This document shows positions 40,454 through 62,035 of a DNA stretch of 64,000 nt, piece by piece. The notes beneath the pieces were generated by a model. It made no database searches. It had not been told where the DNA came from and saw nothing but the letters and a program-made list of their open reading frames with translations. The position numbers were made by a program, and so were the translations under genes. The stretch lies in the NCBI RefSeq assembly GCF_009914755.1, contig NC_060931.1, one strand, 5' to 3'. Every line of letters begins with the position of its first letter. The stretch's first letter is position 1. The DNA is from the human T2T-CHM13v2.0 reference genome, Homo sapiens.

Positions 40454-40754
40454 GGCTCGGCGCAGTGGCTCACACCTGTAATCCCAGCACTTTGGGAGGC
40501 CAAGGCGGGCAGATCACGACATCAGGAGATCGAGACCATCCTGGCTAACACGGTGAAACCCCGTCACTACTAAAAATACAAAAAGAAATTTAGCCGGGCG
40601 TCATGGCGGGTGACTGTAGTCCCAGCTACTCAGGAGGCTGAGGCAGGAGAATGGCGTGAACCCAGGAAGTGGAGCTTGCAGTGAGCCAAGATCACACCAC
40701 TGCACTCCAGCCTGGGCGACAGAGCAAGACTCCGTCTCAAACAACAAAAAGAAA
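40454..40754 (+). mobile_element. AluY
   Basis: GAGATCGAGACCATCCTGGCTAACACGG and GAATGGCGTGAACCC Y-type positions; perfect TSD AGAAAATATTTTC at 40441-40453 and 40755-40767. Confidence 0.95.
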
Positions 40755-40899
40755 AGAAAATATTTTCAATGAATATTGTATGTACTACTAAATACCACTA
40801 CTGTTTTTACAAATATGTAAACCACTCATCCTAGTCCAGCATTATCAATATATATGTGGCTATATACAGAAAACACCATGAAATACCGAGCCCGAAGAA

Positions 40900-41450
40900 A
40901 TTAGAGGAAGTTCTTTAGTGAAGGTGGATCGACATGGGCTTTAGATGTTGGTTAGGAACCACCAGGATAACTAGGATGGGAAAGGTGTTCCTGACAGAAG
41001 GCAAGGAAAAGAGGGAAGGAGCAGTTGGGACACTTGAAGTGTCCAGCAAGTCAGAGCCCTGCAATGAATGTTTTGGCGAGTATGAGGGAATCATGAACAG
41101 GGAAATCATGAAAGATGAACTTGCAAAGGTGAGCATAGGCTTTCTTTGCCTTTCACACTACAGAATTTAAATTTTATCTGATTGGTGATATTAAGCCTTT
41201 GAAAGATTTTAACAAGTTAATGATACAACCAAAGTGAATGGATGCTGGAAGAAGAAAAGAACCTAGAGGCAGGCAGACAAGTTAGAAAGCCACTGTCGTG
41301 AATCCTGTTATGGCCTCAGCTCAGGCAGGAGCAGTCATGATGGAGGGAGAGAGATTACGTTCAAGGCTGGCTGATGAGATACAGAGAGACGGGAGGAATA
41401 CAGGAGCAGGATGAGGAGCGTGAGGTGCCTGGCAGGGCAGCCAGCAGAGT
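40900..41450 (-). mobile_element. L2 fragment
   Basis: Purine-rich degenerate sequence with L2-like motifs (AGCCTTTGAAAGATTTTAA; GGCAGGCAGACAAGTTAGAAAGC). Confidence 0.5.
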
Positions 41451-42143
41451 GATGAGGCGGCACAACCCTGGCAGTTTACAGAAACCCCTGGAGCTTCAGT
41501 TTCTCATCTGTCAAGTAGTGGTAACAGCAACTCTCAAGGTGGCCATGTGTGATTTGGGGCTACCCAGCTTCCAGTCTGCCACCTTTGAGTGAAAACAGCT
41601 TGATTTTCTTTAGGGAAGAATCTCTCTGCATTGGATGCACTCAGGTGAGGCTTTTAGCAGGAGTGACCTTGCCTTTTCAAGGACTAGATATATGATCCAA
41701 CCTTTCGCAACTTGATCCCCCATCTCTAGAGTTTAAGTCATGAGCAAAAGGAATAAAAGACTGAAAACAGAGTGCATACATTGCAAAGATAGTGTCCTGA
41801 TGAGACTTGTAAACAGCTCCTGCTCCCAAGACCCTCTGGAGCATCTTGGTGCCTGTATGTGGTTCTCAGCCTTTCTTTCCCTCTTAAGAGCTCCCCCATC
41901 TACTTCGGGCAAGCTCCTTCAGCTTACATTAGCTAGAAGGGAGTAGGTATTTCTTTCCATCATTCCCACCTATGATTCCTGATGCATTAAGATACTATTT
42001 AGTGTGCAACATACAGTAGACACTTCATAAATCTTAGTTCCCACCCTCTTCCTATAGAAAAATCCATATGTAAGTGTGCCGCAGTCATGACTGGAGTTTG
42101 AGAGAAAAGTCTGGGTCAGGAATATATAGTTGGGAATGGTTGG

Positions 42144-42350
42144 TGTGTTAGTCTGTTCTCACATTGCTATAAAGAAATACCTGATACTGGGTAACTTACA
42201 AAGAAAGGGGTTTAATTGGCCCATGATTCTGCAGGCTGTACAGGAAGCATAGCAGTTCCTGCTTTGGGCGGGGCCTCAGGAAACTTTCAACCATGGCAGA
42301 AAGCAAAGGGGGATCAGGCATCTTACATGGCAGAAGCAGGAGTGACAGAT
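42144..42350 (-). mobile_element. Partial MST (MaLR) LTR
   Basis: TGTGTTAGTCTGTTCTCACATTGCTATAAAGAAATACCTGA...GCAGGCTGTACAGGAAGCAT; ends abruptly at the L1. Confidence 0.85.
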
Positions 42351-45410
<3,060 letters not shown>

Positions 45411-46919
45411 CCTTTGTGTTCTCAAACTTTTGCACAACGATTCTTAGGTAAAGGTTAATTTTTTTTACATTTAACATTTAAAAATGTAAAATCCATTCTT
45501 TACTCATAGGCCACACAAAACCAGTTGGCTGCTAGGTTTGGTGTGCGGATCCTAGTACCTAGTACCTAGTGGGTACTGACCTTTGCTGTGTACTAATACT
45601 GAAAGCTATTTGGGATCTGGTACTTTATCATCTGCTAATTCTCCCTGTTCTCCTAGATCAAGCTTGGACTTTAGGGGAACTCCTTGGAGAAAATACTTGA
45701 TCAGTTTCCCTGTTATTCCACACACCCTACACATCAGTGTACACCTCATCCTAACATGCGAACTCTCATTTCCTTTCTGTCTTCCACACTATGAGCTCCT
45801 TAAAGTCTTTTAACTTTTTATGCCTAGCACCTGACACATGAGAGGAACTCAAAAACTATTAGTTAAATTAACAAACAGAACCATATTTTATATTTTAATT
45901 AAAAGGTTTATTTGTTCTAGTTGAAGGACTCACTTTCCTTTTAGCAATCAACGAACGTTTTGTAACACTGGACTAGGCACTGGAGTCAGAGGGACACAGA
46001 AGGCTCAGTCCCTGCCCTGAAAAATCTTACAGATTTACTAAATGCTGTTTAATTTGCCAAGTGCTGCCAAGGGAGGTTGCATTGGCTACCACTGGAGCAC
46101 AAAGAATGGAGTTGGTCAGTTCTGCACGTGAGGATGGGGTTGGGTGCTCAGGAAAGGTTTGGAGGAGCAGTTTCCTCTTGAATCCAGTCTTAAAAGATGA
46201 ATAGGTTTTCACCCAGAAGATAGGGAAAGGGCATTTCAAGAAAGAGGGTCACGTGTCCTGTGGACAGTGAGTACCTCAACATGACTGAAGAGTAGAGTAT
46301 AAATGTCAGTGTGTGGGGTCTCTTGTGGTGAAAAGTGAGGCAGGGACATGATCACACGGGAAATTGCAAGGTGTTGGTTAAGAGGTAAGTGTTTGTCCTA
46401 TAGGCCAGAATATACTAAGCTCCCTAATATTGAAGACTCTTCTTAATGCCAAAAAGAGTCCCTGACAGTCATGAATAGTAGTTGTATTTTCTTTTAACCG
46501 TGTTATAGACAATGATTAAGGCAAACGTAGATTCAGTGGGCCCTAGCAGAATAAACTAGCCCCAGTAGGGATCTGTGAGCCATATATGAGAACTGCCACT
46601 GTCAGACAGGGAGAGCAATTGAAGAACTGCAGTTGGGCACAGGAGGGATAAATCGATCACATTTGCCTTTTGGAAAGATAGCTGTGGGCCAATGAACAAA
46701 GGGGAAGAGACTGGAAGCAGAATGAACATGGATGAGGGAAGCAGAATGAAAACAAAAGAAAGTCAAGGAGAGAAACTTGGGTTATAAACAGTTTATAAAC
46801 TGGGTACAGAATGATGATATCTGAAAGAGCAAGAAAAAGAGATGGTTAGGAAGGTGAATGAGGAGCCAGAAGAGATTGTTATCATGGCGGCCAAGGGAGG
46901 GAAGGGAACCATCACCTGG

Positions 46920-47180
46920 AACAAATAGTAAAGAGGCCAGATACCACAGTGCATCTGAGCATAGGCTGTGGGGCCAAACATCACGTGTTACATCTTAGCC
47001 CAGTACTTTCCATCTTTGTGAGCTTGAGTAACATTTTTGCCTCATGGACTCTCTAATTTCCTCACCTATAAAATGAAAAAATCTCTCTGAGACTTAACGA
47101 ACTGATCAAATGCATTAACACATGTCAAATACTTAGAATAGTGCTGGGTGCTTGCTAGAGGATCAATAACTGTTAGTTGT
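46920..47180 (+). mobile_element. MIR
   Basis: TTTCCTCACCTATAAAATG...AATGCATTAACACATGTCAAATACTTAGAATAGTGCTGG. Confidence 0.65.
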
Positions 47181-47507
47181 TATTTTTTTATTTTATTTTT
47201 TTTACAAACAATGATTAGTAACTTGAGAGAATAAAGTTTGTTTATCAGATCACATGTTTCAGTAAAATGGTAGAGAAGAACAAAGAAAAAAGTGATAGGA
47301 ATGAAAGTCAGATTAAAATAGATGAAGGAGAGAATGGGTGGTGAGAAAAGAAAACAGCAGGAATAGAGTTTTCTATAGAGAAAAATTTTTTGAAAACAAG
47401 GAGAAAGGTACAAACAATATTAAGAGTCCCTCAGAAAATATTTTGGAAACTTAATCTTACTTATTTTAGAGTAAAATCATCTTGATGATTATATATTTGC
47501 TTTGAAC

Positions 47508-47823
<316 letters not shown>

Positions 47824-48392
47824 TAGTACATGTACAGTTTACATATTTATGTTTATATTAACTGTATTCATGTGAGACACTAGTGCTCCTTTCAAATCTC
47901 TGAATACACATAAAACAGTCAGTGTAAGCTCAAATCAACAATTAGACATTCCTATGAAAGTAGTAGATTGTCACCTTTAAGCATGCTTGGAATCCTGGCT
48001 ATTATACCAGGTTAGTACTTATTCCTGGTGAACATTCACTCATGCCCTTAAGAGTTACATGCCAAGGGCCAACTTTTACCCAAACATTTGCCATTAAGTT
48101 ACGTTTTCATTCAATGAAAAAAAGGAACCAAAGTGAATTTGTATCCCATTTGAAATAAACTCCAGTGATATTTGCACACCAAGCTAACTTACCATGTGCT
48201 TGCTGAATGTGCTGTGCCATATTTTACATGCATTAAGACACATTTTATTCCATAGCACACCTACCTATGAAGTAGGTATTACTAGGAGTAGTCCCATTTT
48301 ACACATGAGAAAATGTAAAGCTCACATAAAGTGAAAAATGAGTCCACACCACCAGGGTCAGTAAGAGGCAGAGGAACTAGAACCAAGACATT

Positions 48393-48683
48393 CATTCATT
48401 CATTTGAGACAGTGTCATTCCGTCACCCAGGTTGGAGTGCAGTGGCACGATCTCAGCTCATTACAAACTTGACTCCTAGGTTCAAGCAATTCTTGTGCCT
48501 CAGCCTCCTGGGTAGCTGGATTACAGGCTTGTGCCACCATGCCCGGCTAATTTTTTGTATTTTTAGTAGAGATGGAGTTTCACCCTGCTGGCCAAGCCGA
48601 TCTTGAAGTCCTGACCTCAGGTGATCCACCTGCCTCGGCCTCCCAAAGTGCTGGGATTACAGGCATGAGCCACTGTGCCTGGC
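48393..48683 (-). mobile_element. Alu (AluS) inserted in a MIR (about 48170-48740)
   Basis: Perfect TSD AGAACCAAGACATT at 48379-48392 and 48684-48697; tail is (CATT)3 rather than poly-T. Confidence 0.95.
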
Positions 48684-49059
48684 AGAACCAAGACATTTTT
48701 AAACTCGAAGATGGATACTCTTAACTATACAGTATACCATGTGTGATTTGACTGGGAAGCCTGGAAGTATTTACTCTGTCTCTTCACAACTGGAACTTCT
48801 CAAACATCTATTTTGTGAAATGCCTTCCATTAAGTTGGTCCAGGACTCAGAAGGTTTGGGTTCATAGCCTTGTTTTTTCACTCACTTGCTAGTGAAACTT
48901 TAGCAAATCACTCAACTGATCTTTGTCTCAGTTTCCTCACCTGCAAGTTATATAAGGCATTGTCTGCTTTATTCACCTTCATTCTCCAGCAAGCATACAG
49001 CAGAGTTTTTCAGCTGCTGTATGACATGCAACACCTCAACAGATTGAATGCAATAGCAG

Positions 49060-49342
49060 GTATAAGAATCTAACAGTCTTCTGTTAAATAAGTCATTAAA
49101 ATTAGGTTTGCAAAAATCTAAATGTCATTTTTAATTATTTTTGTTTTGTTAATATTGTTATTTTAATAAAATTATGCTAATACATGGTGAGCTTATTAAT
49201 ATTAAATAAATAAATTTTTAAATTTTTTTCAGTTTTAACTTCTAATACCACAAATATTACTTGATATCATCTGTATGAACCAGTGCCCTTTAGGGTTCTG
49301 AATGTAACAGAGTTTTGAAACCAAAAATTTTGAGAACCATTG
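49060..49342. mobile_element. hAT-Charlie (Charlie4-like) fragment
   Basis: CAGTTTTAACTTCTAATACC...GAAACCAAAAATTTTGAGAACCATTG terminal motif. Confidence 0.6.
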
Positions 49343-49608
49343 CCTTCTACTGTCCTAGATATTATTCTATAAATCATCAAAATTAATCCTCAAAAAAACA
49401 CCCTTTGAGCTAGGTAACATTATTAATTCCATTTTTAAGATAATGAAGCTGAAGCATAGAGAAGGTAAATAAATAGCCCCAACTTGATACTGCTTAGCTG
49501 GTAGCAGCATCCAAATATCAACCCAAGGAGTCTGATACCAGAGCCTTCGTGTGCTTCTGTGCTTGGTAAAACTATAAGTACTCTTAATAACCCAGAATAG
49601 ACCTGTAA

Positions 49609-49924
<316 letters not shown>

Positions 49925-50638
49925 ATATTTCAATCTTATTTCTAACTGGTGATGTATAATATCTCCATCAATTCTCATAAAGTTAATGCTATTTTGCATA
50001 TTAATCTTAAATTTGATGTATATACATATTTGTGTATATATACATATTGCTTTAGCAATATAAAGTAATGGTGAAATAACTGGGTCATCGACAAATATAG
50101 TCTGTCTCTAAATTATTAATAGATTATATTCTGTAAGTTTTCTTGTTAAAGTTTCTTGGAACTTTGCATGCATCTACAAAAGCAATGCTATAAATCTTAT
50201 TAGGTTTCTTGGAACTTAATATGCTAGCAAGATACCATAGTGAGGAGTCTCACAAGCATTTGACAACTTAGTCAAGACTTTTTGTCTATAAGTTATATGA
50301 GCTCATTCAAAATACCTTAGTCAAAAAAGGCACAAAGACAAACTCATGGACAAAAGGTGACCAGGGGACCCAAGAGATCCAGGAAACAAGAAGCTGCCAT
50401 GAACTTCTCTTGGAGTCTCTAGGGCTGTGTGACTTCTCATCTTGCTTCTCTTTTACGTCCCTTTCGTCCTTCTCTCTTTCTCCACAATGGTTTTCTCTGG
50501 TTTTTTCTGTGCCCCAGTGGAAGGTGTTCCCTCTTTAAACGCAGCCCTGTGATTCACACATCCTCCTAGGTCTTTCAATGCTAAAGACAATGGATTATCT
50601 CTGAGTTTCAGTCCCTACGTCCAGAAGAGAAAAATATG

Positions 50639-50988
<350 letters not shown>

Positions 50989-51425
50989 TCACTGCCTGAA
51001 CTATGAACCCAAAGAGAAAAGAATCCGTGGGTGGAGAAACCAAACAAGTCACTGTTGTCTTTAATAAAGCTGGTTGGAGGATGAGGCTTGGGTGCAAGAG
51101 CAGAGGGGGATGATAGTGCACCCACGGCGTATTTGCATCTTCAGCGCACATCCATTCACCCCAGTCGCTCCCTGCATTCTGCCCAGTGGAGGCAGAAGGG
51201 GAGAGAAGACCACATCGTGAACTGTTAGTTCATGGTGGCACTGATGTGTTTATTTCATTATATCCTTCTTTTCCTTCTTCCCTAAAATACGTATGGTAAA
51301 GGGGCAAAGGTTAATGGGGGGAAGAGGTTTGTCCATTTACCTTACAGTAACAGATGTTTTAAGATGATGGTAATCTCTCTGTTTTAACTAAAAATGACTC
51401 AAAAGTTAATTCAACTCTGATTCAG

Positions 51426-51560
51426 GATCTGGATCGAAATCTGAGCAGACTCACGGCTTCATTTGAAAAAGCAACAGCTGAGAAAGTCCGGTGTCAAGAA
51501 GAGGTGAACCAAACCAACAAAACCATCAAATTAGCTAACAGACTTGTCAAGGAACTTGAG
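51426..51560 (+). CDS. DNAH11: Dynein heavy chain exon 10 (135 nt with the GC donor; 139 nt if the GT at 51565 is used), CC2
   Basis: Acceptor GATTCAG|GAT; [45 protein letters not shown]; followed by GAG|GCAAGT. The 3' boundary is ambiguous by 4 nt. Confidence 0.9.
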
Positions 51561-52409
51561 GCAAGTTAAACCTTTTCTTCCAAACATTCTAACTAAAATG
51601 TTCAGATCAGCTTGTGGGGATTTTATTATTTGCCATCAATAATAACTAAATAGACATGGAATTAACAACAAAGGATAATATTTGATAATCACTCATCCTG
51701 TGGCTCTAACTCACCAGAAGGAAGAAATGTTCAAGTACATATCTTTTAATTTATAGTCCTGAACTCAATGTGCCATCAGTCTGATCTCCAACGAAAACAG
51801 GGAAGACATATACTTTATCAGAATTTAGTGGTCTTGTATCCACTTTAAGACAATGGAGTACATCAGCTGTGGGTGGGTTATGTACTTATTTTTTCTACTT
51901 TCTCTCTTCCTTTCTTTCTTACCACATTGTGAAATCCTTTAAAAACAAAAATAAAGCATGTTTTTCTTAAAACAAGTTATAAAACTCAGGATGGCTGCTA
52001 GATAATTATGAAATTGAACTGTTTGTTGTCTGATCCTTTTAATATACATTTGCCATTGAATTCTACCAGCAAATGATTTCTTTCAAGTTAAACCTGGTTG
52101 GTTTATGTTTTTGTTGTTACATCTTTTTATGGGTGACTGACATGCTAATGTTAATAGTTATTCCATTAGATAAAGGTTTTTTATAATTCTTATTGACATT
52201 CTCTTGCTTGAACATGAGTGGTAGAGGAACATACGTTCTTTGATATCAGTATTCACAGATTTTATTTGCTCCACAACGTGGCATTTAACAGTTCTGGGGA
52301 AATCACTGAACGTCTTCAACTTTGTTTTCTTGTATCTAAAACAGGGATGTGGATAACGTTTCCCTTACAAGGTTGTGATGATTCTCAAAAGACATAATGT
52401 ACGTTCAAG

Positions 52410-53330
52410 TATTTCCTAACAAAAGTCAAAGAGATAAATAACCAAATTTTAAAATAAGAAAAGAATTTGAATAGACATTTCTCCATAAAAGATATGCAGA
52501 TAGCCAGTAAGCACCTGAAAAGATGCTCAACTCCATTAGTCGTTAGAGAAATGCAAATTAAAACCACAACAAGATACCACTTCATAACCACCAGGATGAC
52601 TATAATAAAAAATATGGACAGTAATAGTATTGGCAAACGCTATGGGGAAATGCTGGTTGGAATGTAAAATTGTTCTGCGTCTTTGGAAAACAGTTCTGCA
52701 GTTCCTCAAAACGTTAAACATAAAGTTACCACATGATACAATCATCTACTCATAGGTATATACCCTAAAGAAAAGAAAATAAATGTCCATTAAAAAGCTC
52801 ATATGCAATGTTCATAGCAGCATTATTCATAATAGCTAAGAATAGAAACAACCCACATGTCCCTTAATTGATAAATGGATAAATAAAATGTATATCCATA
52901 TAATGTTAATAGCATTCATCTATAAAAATGAATACTGAGTCATGCTACAATGTATGAATCTTGAAAATATCATGCTAAAAGAAAGAAGCCAGACACAAAA
53001 GGCCACATATCACATGGTATGTGATATCATGTGATACACAGGCAGAATGTGCCTGTGTATGAAATGTCCAGAACAGGATAATTTATAGACGCAAAATAGA
53101 CTAATGGTTGCCAGGGGCTGGACAAGGGTGTGGGGTTTGGGGAGTGACTACTACTGGATACATGGTTTCTCTTTGGGGTGAGAGAAATGTACTAAAGTTA
53201 GCTAGAGGAGATAATTGTGCAAGTCTATATATATATAATATATATATATAATGTAGTAAAAAACACTGCTGTATATTTTAATGGGTGAATTTCATGGTAT
53301 GTGAATTATATCTCAATAAAGCAGTTACTT
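52410..53330 (+). mobile_element. L1 3' portion (L1MB7/L1ME1-like)
   Basis: REMQIKTTTRYH ORF2 end; 3'UTR ending ATGGTATGTGAATTATATCTCAATAAAGC. Confidence 0.85.
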
Positions 53331-53479
53331 TTTAAAGTATAAAGTCTGTAACTACACTATTAGAAAGCATATAACATATATATCTAAAAAGTAATAAAAT
53401 GTGTAACTAAAAAGTGTATAATTGCATTATTAGAAATGCCTTTAGCTGACAAGCATAGAACTGCACTAAAATATGTAAC

Positions 53480-54692
<1,213 letters not shown>

Positions 54693-54799
54693 TATAGTAC
54701 ATTTTTAAAACCCTAACTTATTACCACAAATTTAACTAATTCACCACAAGTTTAAATACACTATCTCTCTGAAATGCATAGTTCATTATGCAAAAACTC

Positions 54800-55715
54800 A
54801 TAATTCACCCTGCAAATCCCCTCTCTCCATTCCATCTCAATAACTGCAATTCTGTTCTTCCAGTTTTTCTGGCCCAAAGCTTTTGAATCACCCTTGACTC
54901 TGTGTGACATCAAATCCATCAGATATTCTATTGACCCTGCCTTTCAGGTTCATTCCAAATCCTAGCACTTCTCATTCTCTTCACCTTACCATGCTGGTCC
55001 AGGCTGTGGCATCTCTCCCCTAGGGTACCTCTGCAGGCCCCACCATTACCTCCTAAAGCTTATTTCCCTCATTGTAGCTGGGTGATATTTTACAAACTTA
55101 AGTACATTCACATCACTCCTTCACTCAGAACTCCCCAATAGCTAATTAATCACTCAAAGTCCAGCCTAAAGGCTTTACTGACCTGCAAGGCCCTACATGA
55201 TAATCTGTCTCCTGGATACCCCTCTGTCCTCACCTCTGCCACTTCTCTCTTGCCCCATCTTCACTGGCCTTCTGTCTCTCCCTCATACTTCCAGGCACGC
55301 TCCTTCTTTGTGCGTTAGCCTTTCCCAGGCAGTCACATCACTGGCTCTTCACTTTGTCAGGCCCTGCTGAAAGTTCTCATTATCAGTTGGTTTTCTCTGA
55401 CCTCCCTACATAAAAGAGCCTTCATCCAACACACAAGACCCCCACTCGTTCACACGCACACATACATGCACACATATGCATCTCTATTTTCTCCACTTGC
55501 TCTGTTAACATTTTTTGATAGCATTTATTGCATGAACGTAGTTGTCCGTGTATGCATACGCACAAATACTTTTTTTGGTCTTTTTTTCCCCAACTGAAAT
55601 ATGAGCTTCGCAAGAACAGGAAACTTCACCATTTTTTGTGGACTGCTTGATCCCAAGCATATAGAATAGTCCTGGCATGTCATAGGCATCACTAGATATT
55701 TGCTGAATGAATGAG
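54800..55715 (+). mobile_element. L2 3' portion
   Basis: Pyrimidine-rich L2 body ending CCTGGCATGTCATAGGCA...ATATTTGCTGAATGAATGA. Confidence 0.8.
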
Positions 55716-57500
55716 TTACTAAATGGGTGAGTTTTGGGAGCCTCCTGTATTAAAATTCTGGAGCCTTTTGAAGACTTGCTCTTCTTAGGTGAGTTGAGAA
55801 ATTTCACCAGTACTAGTACTTAAAACTACTTCCATTTAAAGTAGCAAGATTTAAGCAGTTTGAAGAGTTCTCCATTTGTGAGGTACCTGAGAAAAACTGT
55901 TATATAATTAGACTGTTTTCCGGGACTAGTTACAGAATGTCTGAAAGTTTTGTCAAGGGAAAAGTAGGCCCTACCATGTGTGTCTAACATATAGCAATAT
56001 TTCCAAAGACTTTACTTACTCATGATGATTTAGACAAGGAAGGGAAAAGAAAATTGTATCATGTTAACTAAGGAAAAATATATATTTTTAAAGGATTAAT
56101 TGAAGATGTCAGATCTTTTTCTTTCAGGATAAATTCTTTCTGACTAGAACAGGAGACAGTTAACTTCTGAAAAACATCAAGACTGATGATTTTGTCTATA
56201 TCGCATTGACCTGGAAGCTCAGCCATTCAGACTAATAAATCAGGCAATTTATATTTAATCATTAACTAACTCCTGAGCTGAGCAGCTGTTCAAAATTAGA
56301 AATGGGTCACCCCAGCCAGGATGACATTACAGGCAATCTATAATGCATTAGAATAAAATTATAGTGATTTTTAACTGTCTTGAAATTTATTACAGGACAT
56401 GTTCCAACTCTTAAACCCTTGTTAGCCAATGTCAGTAATGATTTATGTTGCATGGATACTATAGCAAAATTATTGACGATTTCGATAGCCAATCAGTCTA
56501 TGTTTAGTGAATCTTCAAATCTCAAAGCTGTTTTGGAGAATGAGTTGGATACATTTTATTGTTTATCCTTTACAAACCAAAAACAACAAAGATAGAGGGT
56601 AGGTGAATGAGAGATTCCTCCTGAAAATTAATGCATATGTTGTCTATGGCTGAGGAACAAAAGTAATAAATTTTATAAAGAGGGCTAGAGAGCTGAAGTT
56701 CCTTAGTGTTTAATTATATAGTTAACTTGGGGTGATCTTTAATAAGCAAAGCAGGGAGATGATCTTGAAACCACTTTGATAACCATTTTCACATGCTAAT
56801 TTCATGACCTCCGACCTCAGGGTTGTAGATATTAAGATAGCTTGCAGGGAACTGGCATTCCAATCCATTCTGACGTCATTTTTGTTTTCTGTGGTCAATC
56901 TACTTTCATGGGGAAAGCAAAATTCCATAGGGTGCTTCTTTGCTTGTACTAACAAATTGCTGATTTTTTTTCAGGTTCTATTAATTTGCATGTTCTTAAA
57001 ATGTATTTTTAGCGTACATTGAAACAAAATAAATTAGTGAACTACCCTGCAGTTCAGTCAATCCATACATATTTATTGCAGTTTTATTCAAATCCAATAT
57101 TAAGGGCTTCACATACTTAACCTGTAAATCAGATTTTAAATGGCCATCCAACTAGCTATAAGGACTTCAACAGCATTCTTGGGGAGTATTGTGAAGTCCT
57201 GATTTCCACCTTTTTATATAGGTCATAGCTTCCTCCACTGATTTAATGATTATATTAGAAAACTAACCTGAGTTTAGTAACTACCAATGCTACTCTTTAA
57301 TTAGTAGAATCCAGGATAGATGGCTATTTCAGCTTTATGTTTTAACTAATTAAGTAGAGTTGTGTTTGTCATTTCCCTTTGTCTGTAATCAGACCATTGC
57401 CAGCATGTTAAAAATAGGTAAGTAAATAAAAAGTTTGACTAGGGCAGTGTAGTGGGAAGAATGGAGAGCAGCCAGGCTGACATTAAAAATCCTGACATCA

Positions 57501-57790
57501 GGCCAGGTGCGGTGGCTCACGCCTGTAATCCCAGCACTTTAGAAGGCCAAGGCAGGTGGATTGCTTGAGCTCATGAGTTTGAGACCAGCCTGGGCAACAT
57601 GGTGAAGCCCCGTCTCTACAAAAAATACAAAAATTTGCCAGGCGTGGTGGTGCATGCCTATAGTCCCAGCTACTTGAGAGGCTGAAGTGAGAAGATGGCG
57701 TAAGCCCAGGAGGTAAAAGTTGCAATGAGCCAAGATGGTGCTATGGCATTCCAGCACGGGTGATAGAGCCAGACCCTGTCAAATAAATAA
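57501..57790 (+). mobile_element. AluJb-like
   Basis: GGATTGCTTGAGCTCATGAGTT; degenerate TSD AATCCTGACATCA / AATCTTAACATCA. Confidence 0.92.
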
Positions 57791-58162
57791 ATAATCTTAA
57801 CATCACTCGTTCTTGGCCACAGCTCTTGGTCATCTTCCATTCCCAGAGGGACAGGGGAGAGACTGTCAGCCTTTCAAGAAGGACCTCAATCATAATGGAA
57901 GAGTTGGGATGTCCAGTGAGAAGAGATGTTAAAGAACTAATGTCACTTTGTGATAAACTCCACTGAGGAGAGTATGAGAACTCCATCATAATGATGGATT
58001 TCAAACACATGAAAGATTATAACAGTCACACCAACCCGTTACACTCTGTTCCTTATAGTGACTGTGTGGAAGGACGTAAACCTTGCCATAAGGTAATTGC
58101 ATTAAGCATTTGTGGAGTTGACATTCAGCCTGCAATTACAGCTGAGTAATTTCATCTTTCAG

Positions 58163-58333
58163 TCAGAGAAGATTCGCTGGGGTCAATCCATTAAGTCCTT
58201 TGAAGCTCAAGAGAAGACACTCTGTGGAGATGTTCTTCTCACGGCGGCATTTGTGTCTTACGTCGGACCCTTCACAAGGCAGTATCGCCAGGAGCTGGTG
58301 CACTGCAAGTGGGTTCCCTTTCTTCAACAGAAG
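58163..58333 (+). CDS. DNAH11: Dynein heavy chain exon 11 (171 nt; 167 nt if the acceptor at 58166 is used), end of stalk toward AAA5
   Basis: Acceptor ATCTTTCAG|TCAG|AG; [57 protein letters not shown] (GD.LL.AAF.SY.GPF motif); donor AAG|GTAAGT. Confidence 0.93.
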
Positions 58334-58534
58334 GTAAGTTCAGTTCCTTACCTTGTCAGCAGGTAGAAAGATCACATTGAAATTTCAGTAGTAAAACCCA
58401 CATATATGCCAGGCGCTTTTGGACGTCTGTAATGAGAACTGACCAGAAATTCCATGGTGAAATTGTTTCTCATGTGCTGCAGTTTTTCTTATTTTTACAA
58501 AGTTCATAATAAATATTTCATTATTTTTAAAAAT

Positions 58535-60190
<1,656 letters not shown>

Positions 60191-61159
60191 TCTTATTTTA
60201 GTGATGGTTTCAACAAGAACATAAAAATTAATTATGTAAACTTTAGAGTTATAGTTGGAAAAGTGCTTTAAACAGAAGTGATAACTGAAATCAAACTCAG
60301 ATCATCATGTTATTGAATAGCATGAAACTTTTTGTTTTCTTACTAATATTATGGGTTATTTGTTAAAGATTTTTAAAAGACTACTTTCAGACTTAAAGTG
60401 TAGCATTTTATATGTAAGTATAAAGTAGCTTACCCTAAATTTGAAAATTCAAACCCATAAGCAAAGTGAAGTAATAGATTTGCACGATGTAAAATCATCT
60501 AGTTTAAGATACTCCTTGTACAAATGAGAAAACTGAGACAGACAAATGACTCCACTTCTGTCATAGAGAATAGAAAATCAGACCTCCTGATTTCCAGGAC
60601 TCTATTTTCTATACAACACTGTCATCTCAGTTGATTAAAACAGATTCTTAGTTTATATATCCAGCCCTTTCTGGAGTATGGAGACAAAGATGGACATGGG
60701 CACAGATATTATTAGAAAATTGAAGCACTCACACCTGCTGGTCTCCGTTACTTTAGGGAAGTAGGAAAATGCAGTGCAAGCTGGCCAAACCAAAGGAAAT
60801 TGAAATCAGGAGAACAGTTTTGAGGAGAGTGGTAAAAATATCAAAAATACCTGTGAAGGGCAACAGGGGAGTAGATGGTAAGAGTCGCCACACAGCTTTA
60901 AGAAACCCAAGACGTATTTGGACAAGATAAGTTTATAATCACAGTAATAAAGCTTTCATCAGAATACTCAAAGTCTAGGAGTAAAAAGAGAGGAAAGAGA
61001 ATGCCAAATCTAGCCAGGTTTATAGGCAGGTAAGCCAGAAAGAAAGGAGGTGAGGAAAGTCAAGCAGTGACTAGCAGAAGAGTTAAGAAATGGAAGGAGC
61101 ATTTTAGGCTGAAAAGAGATGGGAGGTTAGCCAGAAGTTAGTGTTAAAATATGGTAAAG

Positions 61160-62035
<876 letters not shown>

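Noticed and set aside
56871-56878. Isolated CRE TGACGTCA as a regulatory site
   Set aside because: A single 8-mer with no supporting motif cluster; roughly what chance gives in 64 kb.
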